From Camelus ferus (lineage: Eukaryota): a DNA stretch of 64,000 bases. Made by a program: the position numbers and the translations under genes. Within the stretch, counting starts at the first letter, position 1, and the number at the start of each line of letters is the position of its first letter. Shown here one piece after another: positions 50,216 to 62,409 of the stretch. Below the pieces are notes generated by a model. That model ran no database searches, had not been told where the DNA came from, and was given only the letters and a program-made list of their open reading frames with translations. The stretch is taken from assembly GCF_009834535.1 (NCBI RefSeq), contig NC_045696.1, positions 5,644,001 to 5,708,000 on the forward strand, read 5' to 3'.

Positions 50216-51582
50216 CATGGCTAGAATTTGAACTCAGTTTCATCTGGCTAAATGTTAACCTTACAATAAAAGTTCAGTTACATTTCCCCAATGTGTGGTA
50301 CAATTTTTGTCACAACATGTTATTATGAAATTTTCAGATATACAGAAAAGTTGACAATCTTATAGAGAACGTCCATGTACCCACCACCTAGATTCCCCAA
50401 TTTATATTTTCACTATCCTTGTTTTATTCCATATCTTTATGTCCATCTACCCGTCCCTCCCTCCACACAACAATTCATCTTATTTTTTTCATTTATCTCA
50501 GGGTAAGTTGCAGACATCAGTACACTTCCCCCTAATATTTCAGCATGTACATTATTAAATGAGAGTTCAAGATTTGTTTACAGTTCTATTTTTTTCTTTT
50601 GAGGTTAAATTTGCATCTGATGAAATGTACAAATCACAGGTGTACTGCTGAGACACAGCTGTGTAACCCAAATTCTTATCAAGAAAAAGAAAATCACCGT
50701 CACCCCTGAGGTCCCCTCATGGCCTCCCCTCGTCCACAACAGATCAGCTGTGCCTCTTTCAGAACTTCACATAAATGGAACCATGTGATGTGCACTCTTG
50801 TAACAGGCTTCCTTCACTCAGAGGACTGTTGTTGAGAGGCATCCATGTTATTGCATGCCCCAGCTGTTCATTACTTTTTACTATTGAGCAGAAATCCAAT
50901 ATATGAGAAGACCACAATTTGTTTATCCATTTTCCTATTGATGGACAGCTGGGCTGTTTCTATTCGCTGGCTCTTATGAGTAAAGCTGCAGTGACCCGTT
51001 TGGTACAAAGGGTTTTTTTTGTGGGCACGTTTTAATTTCTCTCAGATAAACATGATACAATTTTGAGTTCCTGAGTTTCTGTCATTATGGACTAAGTTGG
51101 AGACAGTGGTGTATTTTTAGAAAGGTAAAAATGTGGCTCTTATTAGTAGGGAAACTATTTGTTTCAACCAGTAAACCAGGAAGGGCTATTGTGTTCAAAG
51201 TGAGGACAGCAAGAGCGTGTGTTGAATTCCTGTGACGGATGAGGCACTGTTCAGAGCACCTGAGTTCACGACAGTGAGAATACACACTCCTTACTACCAG
51301 GTGGGAACCTGTCTGCTTTCCACACCTCTTCATCCTCCGAGCTTAGAACCACACATTATAGACACGCAACAACTTATTGAGTGAAACAAATGGGAGATTA
51401 GTGTTACTCAAACAGGCTTGGCAGAGACATGTCCTAAATTACGTGTATTTAAAACACCTGTCCAAACATGCTATGCTTTTAGATCTTTGAGACTCTGGGA
51501 AATGACTTTGATTATATTTATCTCCATTCTAGAAGTTTTAAGAATTGACTGAGGAATTCAGCAGTACTTTTTTCCCTCTCTT

Positions 51583-51665
51583 AATGGAGGTACTGGGGAT
51601 TGAACCTGGGACCTTGCGCATGCTAAGCACATGCTTTACCACTGAGCTATACCCCCACCCTCCTC
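51583..51665 (-). mobile_element. tRNA-derived SINE (Vic-1-like)
   Basis: Same family. Confidence 0.85.
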
Positions 51666-51929
51666 TTTTCTCTTTTGTTTTTTTTTAAACAATTTTTCTT
51701 GTTTTTTGTTTGTTTTTTCTTCATTTTTTGTTTTTCTATTTTGGGGGGTTGTTTATTTTTGTTCATTTTTATTTTTGTTTTTTTTTAATTAAAAAATTTT
51801 TTTCAGCAGTACTCTGTAAGTTGAAATGTATTATTTCTCATGTGCCTGTAATGCCATTTTTTAGTACCTACCCTAAATAAACACAAGAGAACACAAGGAT
51901 GGAAGACAAAGGTTATTAATGGCAGAAAT

Positions 51930-52770
51930 GTTTGCGGGATTTTTTTATGTAGAAATTGACAGGTTGCTTCTAAAAATTGTATATAAAAGCAAAGGAAGTA
52001 AAATAATGAAAACCACTTGGGAAATAAAAAAACAAAGTTGGAGGGTTTACATTACCTGACTTCAAGACTTCCTATAGTAAATTGTCATAATTGAGACAGT
52101 GTGGTATTTGTGAAAGGACAGACACCGAGATCAATGGAACAGAGTAGAGAAGCCAGGAAGAGACTCATACAGATATGGCCAATTGATCTGCAATGAAGGT
52201 GCAAAGGAAATTTATGCAGAAAAATAGTCTTCAAAACTGGTGCTACAATTGGATATCCATACACTAAAACACCTCACATTGTATGTAAAAAATAGCCCAA
52301 AATGGAAAATAAATTTAAATGTAAAACCTAAAACTATAGAAGGTCTAGGAGAAATGTTTATATTATATTCTTAAGTTAGGTGGATTTTATAGATATCAAA
52401 AAATGTTAAATAGCATTGTTCATAATATACAAATTGGCAATTTTCAACAATTGGAGAGATTTGAATATATGCTGCCAAGAAGATAACCTTGAAAAATTAT
52501 TGCATTTTCTTGGGGGTCATCATGGTACTGTGATTATGTACGACTGTGTCCTTATTCTTAGTAGGGGCATATTAAATTACCTGAGGTGAAAAGTCATAAT
52601 GTGTACAACTTGATTTCAAATGTGTCAGATAAACAAATGAATCAAAGCAAATGTGGCACAATTGGTGAACTCCATGAAGGACATTTAAGATTTCTTTGTA
52701 CCAGTCTTTCAACTTTTCTATAGGCCTGAGAATGTCAAGATAAAAATTTGAAGTGGAAAAGTGCAAAACA
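51930..52770 (+). mobile_element. Old L1 ORF2/3'UTR fragments
   Basis: aacaaagttggagggtttacattacctgacttcaagact...gatcaatggaacagagtagag. Confidence 0.7.
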
Positions 52771-53151
52771 ACAGTCAAAGAAGAGCATCACTTGGTTAAT
52801 AAAAGACTGTTGTGCTTGTGCTTTGACGTTGTTAAACTCGGTGTGGCATTTATTTGGAATCTTGAAATAAATATTTTTTTTAAGTGTGGATACTTTTGCT
52901 GAAGCATCTAAATTTAGATCACAGGGTAGCCATGGAGAAATATTTGCCCTTTGAATCAGACGTTGAGAAGGTAGAGTTGATTTTGGCAGGGTATGTTTGC
53001 CTACTGGCTAGAAGAACATGTTCTCCCCATGCTAATCATGTTTGAATTTTACAGTACAACTATTCAGAAGATCTATCTACTGTTTACCTAATAATTTGGA
53101 GTTAGGACAGAAACTGTCACTCTTCTGCAAGCAAGAGGAATCTAATAGATG

Positions 53152-53256
53152 GTGCTCGCTTCGGCAGCACATACACTAACACTGGAACAATGCAGAGGAG
53201 GTTAGCTTGGCCCCTGCATAAGGATGACATGCAATTTCATGAAGCATTCCATATTT
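53152..53256 (+). pseudogene. RNU6: Retroposed U6 snRNA pseudogene
   Basis: GTGCTCGCTTCGGCAGCACATA...GGATGAC...CCATATTT, essentially full length; ACAGAGA box mutated to GCAGAGG; several CpG>TpG/CpA changes; A-rich tail; possible TSD aatagatg/aaaagatg. Confidence 0.93.
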
Positions 53257-53624
53257 ATAAAAATAATGAAAAGATGGAGTAACGATAGAAAACTGAATAG
53301 AGAGGGTGAGATGTGTGCCTAGTCTTGGGAACACAGAAAGGATCTAAGTATCTCTGCATATGAGGAGGAGCAGAAGGCAGACTAGAGAATGTGTGAATGG
53401 AGTCAAAAGAAAGGGGCTTATGAAAAAAAGACAAAGGGTTTTATGGGGGAGGGGAGGTTGTTTCAAACAACGTGTAAATTTATTGTAGATGGTTTTGAAG
53501 ACATAGGAAAGCACAAAGAAGAAAACAAAACCACCAACATCCTACACGGAGGTTAGGACTTGATTGCTTGCGGGCTGTTTTTCTCCACATTAATAGGGAT
53601 TATGATGATGGCGAGCAAAGGCTT

Positions 53625-53940
53625 ATCGTGGGATCTAAAGAAACAAAACAAACACACATAACACAACAGAAACAGATCACAGATACAGAGGACAAACAGG
53701 TGGTTGCTGGAGAGGAGGGCTGGGGGGATGAGTGAAATAGGTGAGGGAGATTAAGAGGTACAAACTTCCAGTTACAAAAGAGATGAAATAGTCAATAATG
53801 TAATAACTTTGCATGGTGACAGATGATTACCAGACTCATCATGTAATGTACAAACATCAAATCACTATGTCATAACCTGAAACAAATAAAACATTGTAAG
53901 GCAATTATACTTCAGTTTTAAAAAGTAAAAAAAAAAAAAC
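53625..53940 (+). mobile_element. L1 3' end with poly(A)
   Basis: gagggagattaagaggtacaaacttccagttac...caattatacttcag...aaaaaaaa. Confidence 0.75.
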
Positions 53941-54001
53941 AAGATCAAATAATGTTTTCACATCATATTGCCTTTGACTTCATAAAAATAAACAGCCTTG
54001 G

Positions 54002-54090
54002 CGGGGGCATGGGTATAGCTCAGTGGTAGAGCACATGTTTAGCGCGCATGAGGTCCTGGGTTCAATCCCCAGTACCTCCTTTAAAAAAAA
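54002..54090 (+). mobile_element. tRNA-derived SINE (Vic-1-like)
   Basis: gggtatagctcagtggtagagcacatgtttagcgcgcatgaggtcctgggttcaatccccagtacctcc. Confidence 0.88.
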
Positions 54091-54650
54091 ATCATTATTA
54101 CTCAGAGGGAAAAAAACGAGTTTATTGTTCACTTGCTATGTGCCAAGTACTATTTTAAGCAGGTACCTGTATTTTCTAAGTGCGTATGACAGCTCTGCGA
54201 GGCGTCACTCCCTCACTGACAGCATAGGCACCACGTTCACCCAACATGACTCGTACGAGCCCAGAGTCATTTGGCCCATGTAATGGGCCAACTCGTCTGA
54301 CCACAAAGCCACTTTTATGGCACCAGGCTTTTTGTCCTACAGAAATGCATACGAGATTTTTGATGTTATCACTACCTTAAATCTGCATGTAATAATCCTC
54401 TTTTACTATTTCAACAAAGCTAATTATCCTTATGAGTGACACATTTGGACCAAAAGCACATTCTTTGAGCATTTAAGTTAGTAATAGGATCAATGGGCTA
54501 ACTCAACAAAATTTTGAGTGTCTTATAGTCTAGGCATATTATTTCTTTTAATTCTTATGAAAATCCATGTGAAAGTATTATACTTTCCATTTTTCAGATG
54601 AAGTGAAGGAATTTTCCCTAAGGGATGCCAGTTTATAAAGGGGCAGCGAT

Positions 54651-55190
54651 GTGGTGGCTTTGTAATGGGCTAACTCGAGCTGAAGTGCATTTCCCAGAAT
54701 TCCCCCTCAGTTAGGCTGGGCTATGAGAGACATTTTGCATCAGATTGGGAAGGCAGGAGTGGAGTCAGGGCCCAGTGGTGGTTTACACTCAGCAGGCCTG
54801 TGCGGGGCATGCAGGGGCTGCCGGAGTTCACATGCACTGCCTACCTCTGGCCCAGCCTCTCCGGAGCTCCTCTTTTCTCTCTGGCTTCTCCAGGTGTGAC
54901 TTAGCTCTTTGACAGAGGTTGCAGACGCCACATCCTCAAAGTTGGAGGCTGGCGGTGAGTCACTGACATGGGCTCCCCTCTGTCTCTGTGGGTTCTTCTG
55001 TCCTTGTTCGACCCTCCTATGTCTACCTTCTCTTCCCAACTGCCCGCCCTGTGGACTTCAGACTCCAGCGTCAGAAGGGAAGACAACAGCTTTACAGAGA
55101 CTGTTTGACCAGCTTCCTCAATGGCAAAAGGTCATGTCCTTGTCTATACCGAGTGGTTTGCTTCCTCTGGTCGAACCCCAATAATTGATA
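54651..55190. mobile_element. ERVL-type LTR (family uncertain)
   Basis: tgtggtggctttgtaatg...catttcccagaattccc start typical of old ERVL LTRs. Confidence 0.45.
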
Positions 55191-55439
55191 GAAGCCCAAA
55201 CTTAAAGAAGCAAAATCTAAGTGGCCAGATGGAAATAACTTTGATCATTTACATTTAAATAGCTTGGAGTCACATCTGAACCTACTTTTGAGAATTCTCT
55301 AATTAAGCTAAGAGGGAAGAAAGAGGTATCTTTTCCAGAGTCTGGAGTTTTTGAATGATGAACTAAATGGTTTCATGTAACTTGGCAAATTATTAATTAT
55401 ATTACTGGAGTTGATTATTCGGATCTTAAAAGTTGCTTC

Positions 55440-56856
55440 TGGCACCTATTGCTGCTGTAACAAATGACCACAAACTTAGGAGCTTAATACAAATTTATTA
55501 TTTTACAACGTGGAGGTCAGAAGTCGAAAATGAGTTTCACATGTACACCCCAATGTTCACAGCAGCACTATTCACAATAGCCAAGATATAGTAAATGTCT
55601 ATCAACAGATGATTGGATAAAGAAGATGTGGGAGATATATATATAATGGAATATTACCCAGCCACAAAAATAATGAAATAATGTCATTTGCAGCAACACA
55701 GACAGACCTAGAGATTACCATATTAAGTGAAGTAAGTCAGACAAAGACTAATATCATATGGTATGACTTATATGTGGAATCTTAAAAAAAAAAAAGATAC
55801 AAACTAGAAATAGATTCACAGATGTAGAAAACAAACTAAGTGGGGGGGGGCTATAGCTCTGTGGTAGAGTGTGTGTTTAGCATGCACAAGGTCCTGGATT
55901 CAATCCTTAGTAGCTCCACTGGAAAAAAAAGAAAGAAAAAAGAAAAACTGGTTGGGAGAAGGGTATAGCTCAGAGGCAGAGCGCATGCTTAGCATGCATG
56001 AGGTCCTGGGTTCAATCTCCAGTACCTCCACTAAAATAAATAAATAAACCTAATTCTTCCCCCTCAAAACAAACTAACAAAAGCTAAAAAATTAAATAAA
56101 ATAAATGATAAACACAGTCTGAAAAAAATCCTCTAAATAAACAAAATAAAATTCTTAAAAAAAAAAAAAAGGTCAGAACAAAACAAAACAAACTGTGGTT
56201 ACCAAAGGGGAGAGAGGTGGGCAGAGAGATAAATGGGGAGTTTGGGATTAGCAGGTACAAACTACTATCTACAGAATAAATAAACAACAAGGACCTACTG
56301 TATAGCACAGGGAACTACAGTCAGCATCTTATAATATCCTATAATGGAAAAGAATCTGAAAAAGAATATATATATGTATAACTGAATCACTTTGCTGTAC
56401 ACATGAAACTAACACAACATTGTAAATCAATTATATTTCAATTTTTTTTAAAAAAGAGAAATCCTGACGAAGGAAAAAAAAAAGAATTTCAATGGGTCGA
56501 ACCAAAGGTGTTGGGAGTCGCTGTGCTCCCTCTGGAGGCTCTGAGGGAGTCTGTGAAAACCCTGCCCTTTCCAGCTTCTACAGACCGCCCACATTCCTTG
56601 GCCTTTGGCTCCTGCTTCCAACTTCAAAGCACATCTCCAAGCTCTGCTTCCTTCTTCCTGGATTCTGACTCTTACTTTCTTTTTTATACCTTCGTGATTG
56701 CATTGGCCCACCTGGATAATCCAGGGTAGGCTCCCCATCTCGAGAACCTTAACTAAATCACATCTGCAGAGTCTCTTTTGCCATGTAATATAATATATTC
56801 ACAAAATCTGGGGAGTAGGATGTGGACGTTTTGGGGGAGTCATTATTCTGACAACC
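55440..56856. mobile_element. Nested cluster: MLT1 LTR interrupted by an L1 3' end (~55541-56485), which carries two tandem SINEs
   Basis: MLT1 halves at 55440-55541 and 56490-56856; imperfect TSD aaaatgagtttcac/aaaaagaatttcaa. Confidence 0.75.
55842..56065 (+). mobile_element. Two tandem tRNA-derived SINEs (55842-55945 and 55954-56065)
   Basis: Two heads tatagctc...ggtcctgg.ttcaatc inside an L1 3'UTR. Confidence 0.85.
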
Positions 56857-56941
56857 ATGGGCACCATAAGACGTTTTCTTTGTCTCTCTCCCCTTTTTTA
56901 AAAATATGTTTGGGAGCCAAGATTTTTTTCGCTGTTGTTCG

Positions 56942-57016
56942 TGGAGGTATTGGGGATTGAACCCAGGACCTTCTTCATGCTAAGCATGCTCTCTACCACT
57001 GAGCTACACCCACCCT
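56942..57016 (-). mobile_element. tRNA-derived SINE (Vic-1-like)
   Basis: Same family. Confidence 0.85.
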
Positions 57017-57292
57017 GCCTTGTCTCCTTTCTTTTAATGGAAACTTTTTTTTAATCAAAGTGTAACATGTATTTAGAAAAGTATATGTAAGTCACAAGCA
57101 TATGGCTGAAGGAATTTTTCACCAAGTGAGTAACACATCCCAGATTAAGAAACAGAGCATTCTCAGAAATCCTTAAGTGTCGCTCCCGTCACAATCCCCA
57201 CCCCAAAGGTAACCCCACTATCCTAACTTCCAGTGCCACAGTTTCGCCTGGCTCTGAACTGCACATTGATGCAATGATGTAGTATGTACTTC

Positions 57293-57824
57293 CGTAATAG
57301 AAAAGAACAAATCTGATTCCATATGAGATCTGTTCCTTTGACTTTAACCCTGTGCTCTGTTTTCTAGGCTCAGTCCTGCTGGTTCTGCACCTTCTGTAAA
57401 AGAATGTTGCCTAGAGCCTGAAATAGACAGGAGAACCCATTCTCTGAGAGCTCTGACCTCTGATAGTAACACTTCTCCATTCATATAGAGATAACAAACT
57501 GCAGAATAGAAAATATTGTTTTGTGGGAGGTTTACAGGGACACCATGACCTGACCCACATGAACAGCTGCTAGAACAATGGATTCCAAAAATAAAGAGTT
57601 CCTACACTAAGAAGTTTGCAACAACCAAGCATACACCTTCCCCTTTTTAGTATAAGAAGAGCCTGAATCCTGACCTGGGGAAGATGGTTCTCTAGGACAT
57701 TAGTCTGCCATCTTCTCGGTTTGCCAGCTTTCTGAATAAAGTTGTCATTCCTTGCCCCAGCGCCTCGTCTCCCAATTTATTAGCCTGTCGTGCAGCGAGC
57801 AGAACGAGTTTGGGCTCCATAACA
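57293..57824 (+). mobile_element. ERV1-type solo LTR inserted in an old minus-strand L1
   Basis: Starts CG (TG expected), ends ...taaCA; TSD cttc/cttt; TATAA at 57651; AATAAA at ~57735. Confidence 0.75.
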
Positions 57825-59199
57825 CTTTTTGCCATCCGACTTCTTTTGCTCAGCTCTTATGTTTATGAGTCATGTATGCTGAACATTCATTTTCATTTCT
57901 GTGTAGTTTATCAGTATTATGAATAAATGTCAGTTTATTTATCCATTCTACAGTTGATGGGTATTTGGATTATTTCTGGTTTGGGCCTATTCTAAATAGT
58001 TCTGCCCTGAACATATGCGCACATGCCTTCTGAGGAATACAAACATGCATCTCTGCTGTGTGTAATCAGAGGGATGGGGCTGCTGGGTCACAGGGCGTGC
58101 GTACGCTCAGCTTTCCCAGTACCGCAGAAACCACGGTCCTGCCTGCTCCATCCACATCCCTCCCGTTCCTGAGCCTGCCCCTTATCCCTGTCCCTGACCT
58201 CCTTGTTATTCTGCAACCTCCCATTCCCCCCACCCCCACCCAACACCCTATGCCCCAGGAACCAGCGATGGGGTAAAGTTCATCACTGGAATGAAGCTGA
58301 GGGGTCAGATGAGTGCATCTACTTCATGCATGCCTTGGTTGATTTTTAAAATGATGCAATTGTAGCAGTTGATTTATTTTAGGCTGTGACATAACATCCC
58401 CTAGTCAAAATAGTGTGTTAAGGTGCACACTCATGGTGTGTTAAAATGCACAGAATGCATTCAGAAAAATGCTGAGGTGTTTTGTACTTGGTGGCAGGAC
58501 ATTAAAGCCTAGAGAGGTGTCAGGTGTGAAAGACGGTTAGGAAGCTAAAAAAAGAACAACCAGGAGAATGGCCAAAAAAAAAAAAAAAAGTTCTCCCACC
58601 TGATGGAAACTTTGCTCGCTGGGGGTTCTTGCGGGGAATGTAGGAGGCTCTGGGAAGATATGCTTGGCTGGGAAAAAGCAGGCAGGTTGTGTGTCTCCTG
58701 CTTTATGTAACTGTCAAAAGTTTAGATCTGTGTTCTTTGCTACTGAGGAGACTTTATACCTGCAGCTCAGTCCAACCGCATCTTAATGAGACAACCACGC
58801 AGTTAGAATCCTTGAAAAGTTCTAAGACTGTAGAGAATTAAAGATAGTGGGCTGGTCATTACTCTCTTCTATAAAGAAAAAAAGGAAGCTGAAGAACTTA
58901 GATGATAGCAATTCTAAAGCTACTATTCAGGAAGCATGAGCCACATGGGACCAAGATCTGGTTCAAGGTAAGTGTGTATCTTACAGTGGATCTTGTCATC
59001 GTGAGTTTTTGAATTATTTACTGCAAAGAGTAAGATGTTCTCCTGTCATACTCTGCACTCTGCTAAGGCTTTATAATTAAATTTTGTGGCACGTGTAACC
59101 TTTGCGAGGTTAGATTTTGGCAAAGCTTGTCTTACAGGTTTGTTGCAGGAAATTGTATGTATGTATGTATGTATGTAGTTATGTGTGTATTTTTGATGG

Positions 59200-59314
59200 A
59201 GGAGGTAATTAAGTTTATTCATTTAATTAGTTTTTTAATGGAGGTACTGGGACTTGAACCCAGGACCTTATGCATGTTAAGCATACACTCCACCACTTGA
59301 GCTATGCCCTCCCC
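59200..59314 (-). mobile_element. tRNA-derived SINE (Vic-1-like) with a (TATG)n-derived tail at 59155-59190
   Basis: Same family; imperfect TSD ggaaattgtat/ggaaactgtat. Confidence 0.85.
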
Positions 59315-60919
59315 TAGGAAACTGTATCTTTTAGTTGTATGGAAAGTAAACCTACTCTCAGACTTGGAATGAACACACCCACTGCGATAATTCTGGCTCT
59401 GCCTATGACTGCACTGCTTCTGTTATCTCTGCGTGAGAAGCATGAATCCACTGGCTGGTCAGTATGCTGGTCTCTGCTCTCTTAAAGGCCTGGGAAACAA
59501 ACCAATCCGCGTGCAGCCCCACACAAAGCCGATTCTTCCAGAGATCAAGCTGGGTTCTCCAGGGAGGAGGCTGATCAAGCCTTTCACTCTCCTGTAGCTA
59601 GAAAGATCCGCTGGGTGGAGGAGCCACGCCCACAGGTCCTAATCCTTGGCAGGGACGGGCCTCTCCAAGCCTTGGGTGCACCCTCTGGTTACTGGGTCCC
59701 ACCTCCCCCACCCCACCTCGGCTCTGGCACTTCCAGGCCACTTTGTCATAGTCTCCTGAGACTGCTGGGCCTGAACAAATAATTCCCCACGTCGCCTCGC
59801 CCAGATCACCAGGGGCTGGGGGCAGGGTTACTAAAGTTAGTAATGTTCTCCACCCACGTACTTTCCTACTTTCCTTGGAGAACTCGAGGGAGGAAGGGGC
59901 TGTTTAAGGACAAGATTAGAGATTCTGGGTTCTTAACTGAAGAATTATCTTAACCTCATCTCATTAAATATCTTAAACCTATCTTAAACCATTGGTGGCT
60001 TTAATTTTTTTCAGTTAAGATTGTCTTGTGTTAGACTGTGGGTTGCTTTATCCAGCTCTAGGCCCTACTTGCCCATAAGTGAAAAAGAGGAACCAGGACG
60101 CTTTCTCCTGGCTGTAAACAGGGACGTTACTACTGCACTTAGGTGTCACACGCACAGAAAACGGGAAGTCTTGCCTTAGGCACCCAGTGTACACTTAGCC
60201 ATTGAGTAACAGGGGAGCAGTTTCCAGCAAGTGGCCCAGGGACCTTGGAGCTCTCCTTTCCCATCTAGAATTTCCCTCCACCCTTTGTCCTTTCCTCTTT
60301 ATAGTTTCCTCATGGGGCTGTGGGGTGTCCCCTCCCTCCCATGCTCCCCTCTTGAGGAAACCAGAAGGCTGTGCTGCTTGAGGGAGAGTCTGGGGACCCA
60401 GCGGGGTGGGCTTCCTTCTGCTGGGGCGCAGGCCGGAGGCTGCTGCAGTCGGGGTGAAGTGAGCTGGTCTCCCAGGGCACAGGGGAACTGTGTGGCCAGG
60501 GAGGAGGGGGCAGAGGCCACAGCACGCCCGCGGGAAAGGCATGACACAAGGTCCCATCCCTGAGACGCCGAGGTCCTCCCCCTAAAGCAGGAGCCACTCT
60601 TGCCCCTGAAAATGCTCTTTCCACTCACCTCCGCCTCTCGAAACTCTTTCCTCCTGCCTGTGAGAGAAGCCAGGAGGCCCTTCTTCCGTGGGATCACTGT
60701 GGGGAGACCCGTGGAGGGGGACAAGGCTTCCCAGCCTCCCAAGCTCTACCTCTGCTGGTCTTGTCGCGGACACGGGGGCCTGGTCTCCAGCTACGTTACA
60801 GGCCAGCAGGGTTTTGTGGGCTGTCCCCAGCTCTAACCATCACACCATCCAAAAGATTTATGCTTGAGTGTTGAGAGCATAACTCTCTTATATTTGAGGG
60901 ACTGTCTGGTCCAGGAGTT

Positions 60920-61720
60920 TTTCATTAAACATCCAACAAATATTTATTGTGTCCTTACCATATGTCAGACTTCCTTGTAGCTCTAGAGAGATTGCAGAGA
61001 GCAAAACACGTAAATCTCTGCCTGCCTTCATGGAGTGGGAGGAGACAGGCAATAAAGAAAACAGATGAGCACATTTCACAGTAGGTTGTAAGGTCAACAG
61101 CACGAAGGTGAGAAAGGAAGCAGGAAGGAGAAAAGGGAAATTGGGCAGAGTGAAGGTAAGGTTTACTTTATTTAGGTAGTCAGGGAAGGTCTCGCTGAGG
61201 ATGTAACATCTGAGCCGAGACCTAAAGGAAGGGAGGATTGAGCCATCCAGTTTTCTAAGGGAAGAGGCTTCCTGGCGGAAGGAACAGCAAGTACAAAGGC
61301 CCTGAGGCAGCAGTATGCCTCGCACGTGAAGGTGGCTGGCATGGCTGGAGCAGAGTGAGAGGAGGGGAGGATAGTGGGACAAGAGGGCAGAGAAGTACCA
61401 GAGAAGCCAGCTCCTTGGGGCCTCCTGGGCCGCAGGCTTCTCTGGGTCAGATGGGAGCCATCGGAGTGCCTTTTTTTTTTTTTTTTTTTCCTGAGAGGAG
61501 GGCAGATCTGACTGGTTTTAAGAGGATCCTTCAGCTGCCTGTTGAGAACAGGTGGTAACAGGATGAAGACCGAAGGAGGAGGACACTTAGGAGGGCTCTG
61601 TGCTCATCCGGGCAAGAAGTGCTCAGATTCGAGGTAGACTTTGAAGGTGGGCTCATCAGGGCTGGCTGACAGATTGCACGTGGGCTATAAAAAACAGATG
61701 ATTCTAAGATTTTTGAAGAG
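60920..61720 (-). mobile_element. L2 LINE remnants
   Basis: caacaaatatttattg...ctgccttcatggag...cagggaaggtctcgctgagg...caaaggccctgaggcag. Confidence 0.7.
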
Positions 61721-62409
61721 ATTAACCAGGACCAAAATGATTTAGGAAAGACTTTGTGAAGGAAGGGGTTTAGGGATCTAGGTGGATCCTTTCAAGTTGG
61801 AGGACGATGTATACAGACGAGGAAGAAATCTGAGCGCAGAGAGACCTGGAGAGGGGCAGGTTCAGCCGCAGGGGACAGAGTCAGACGGGTGGGAGTCACT
61901 ACAGAGGGCTCAGTGCCTATCGGAGTTCTGGAAGGAAACGGAAGGCTTAATCCATTGTGATGACTGAGGAGAGTTAAGGACGCTATTATTTACAAGCTTG
62001 TGGGCGGTTAAAATAAAGCACCACGGAATAGAGAAGCGCCTTGGGCTCCCTCCGAGGCCTCCCGTCTTACTCGGAAGTAAGACGGGAAGCCCAAGTCCGA
62101 CAGAGCTGGGAGAGGTAAGGGCATCAGAACCCCGAGATGGTCGCTGCATGGAGGGAGGGAGGGCTGTCCCACAAGAACCGTGGTCTCCACTAGAAGAACA
62201 GCAGCCGCCAACCAATGGCAGGAAGGGAGCTGGGAAAAGAGAAACCCCGCCCCTTCCATCTCCTGCTGGATGAAGCCAGAGGGCAAGAGAGCCCTTTACT
62301 GTTAGTGCAGTCTGCTTACCTGGGGATGCAGACTCAGGGGTGGGGGGTGGGGAGGAGGGGTAGAGAGTGGATTATGCCACCCAGCTTTAACAGCCAGCCA
62401 GAGCATTCT

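Noticed and set aside
54002..54090. tRNA-Ala-like sequences (this copy and 12 others)
   Set aside because: Dispersed, mutated, A-tailed and TSD-flanked, so they are SINEs and not tRNA genes
58931..58973. Possible 37-nt exon (ttcag|...AAG|gtaagt)
   Set aside because: Weak polypyrimidine tract, no gene context and no recognisable peptide
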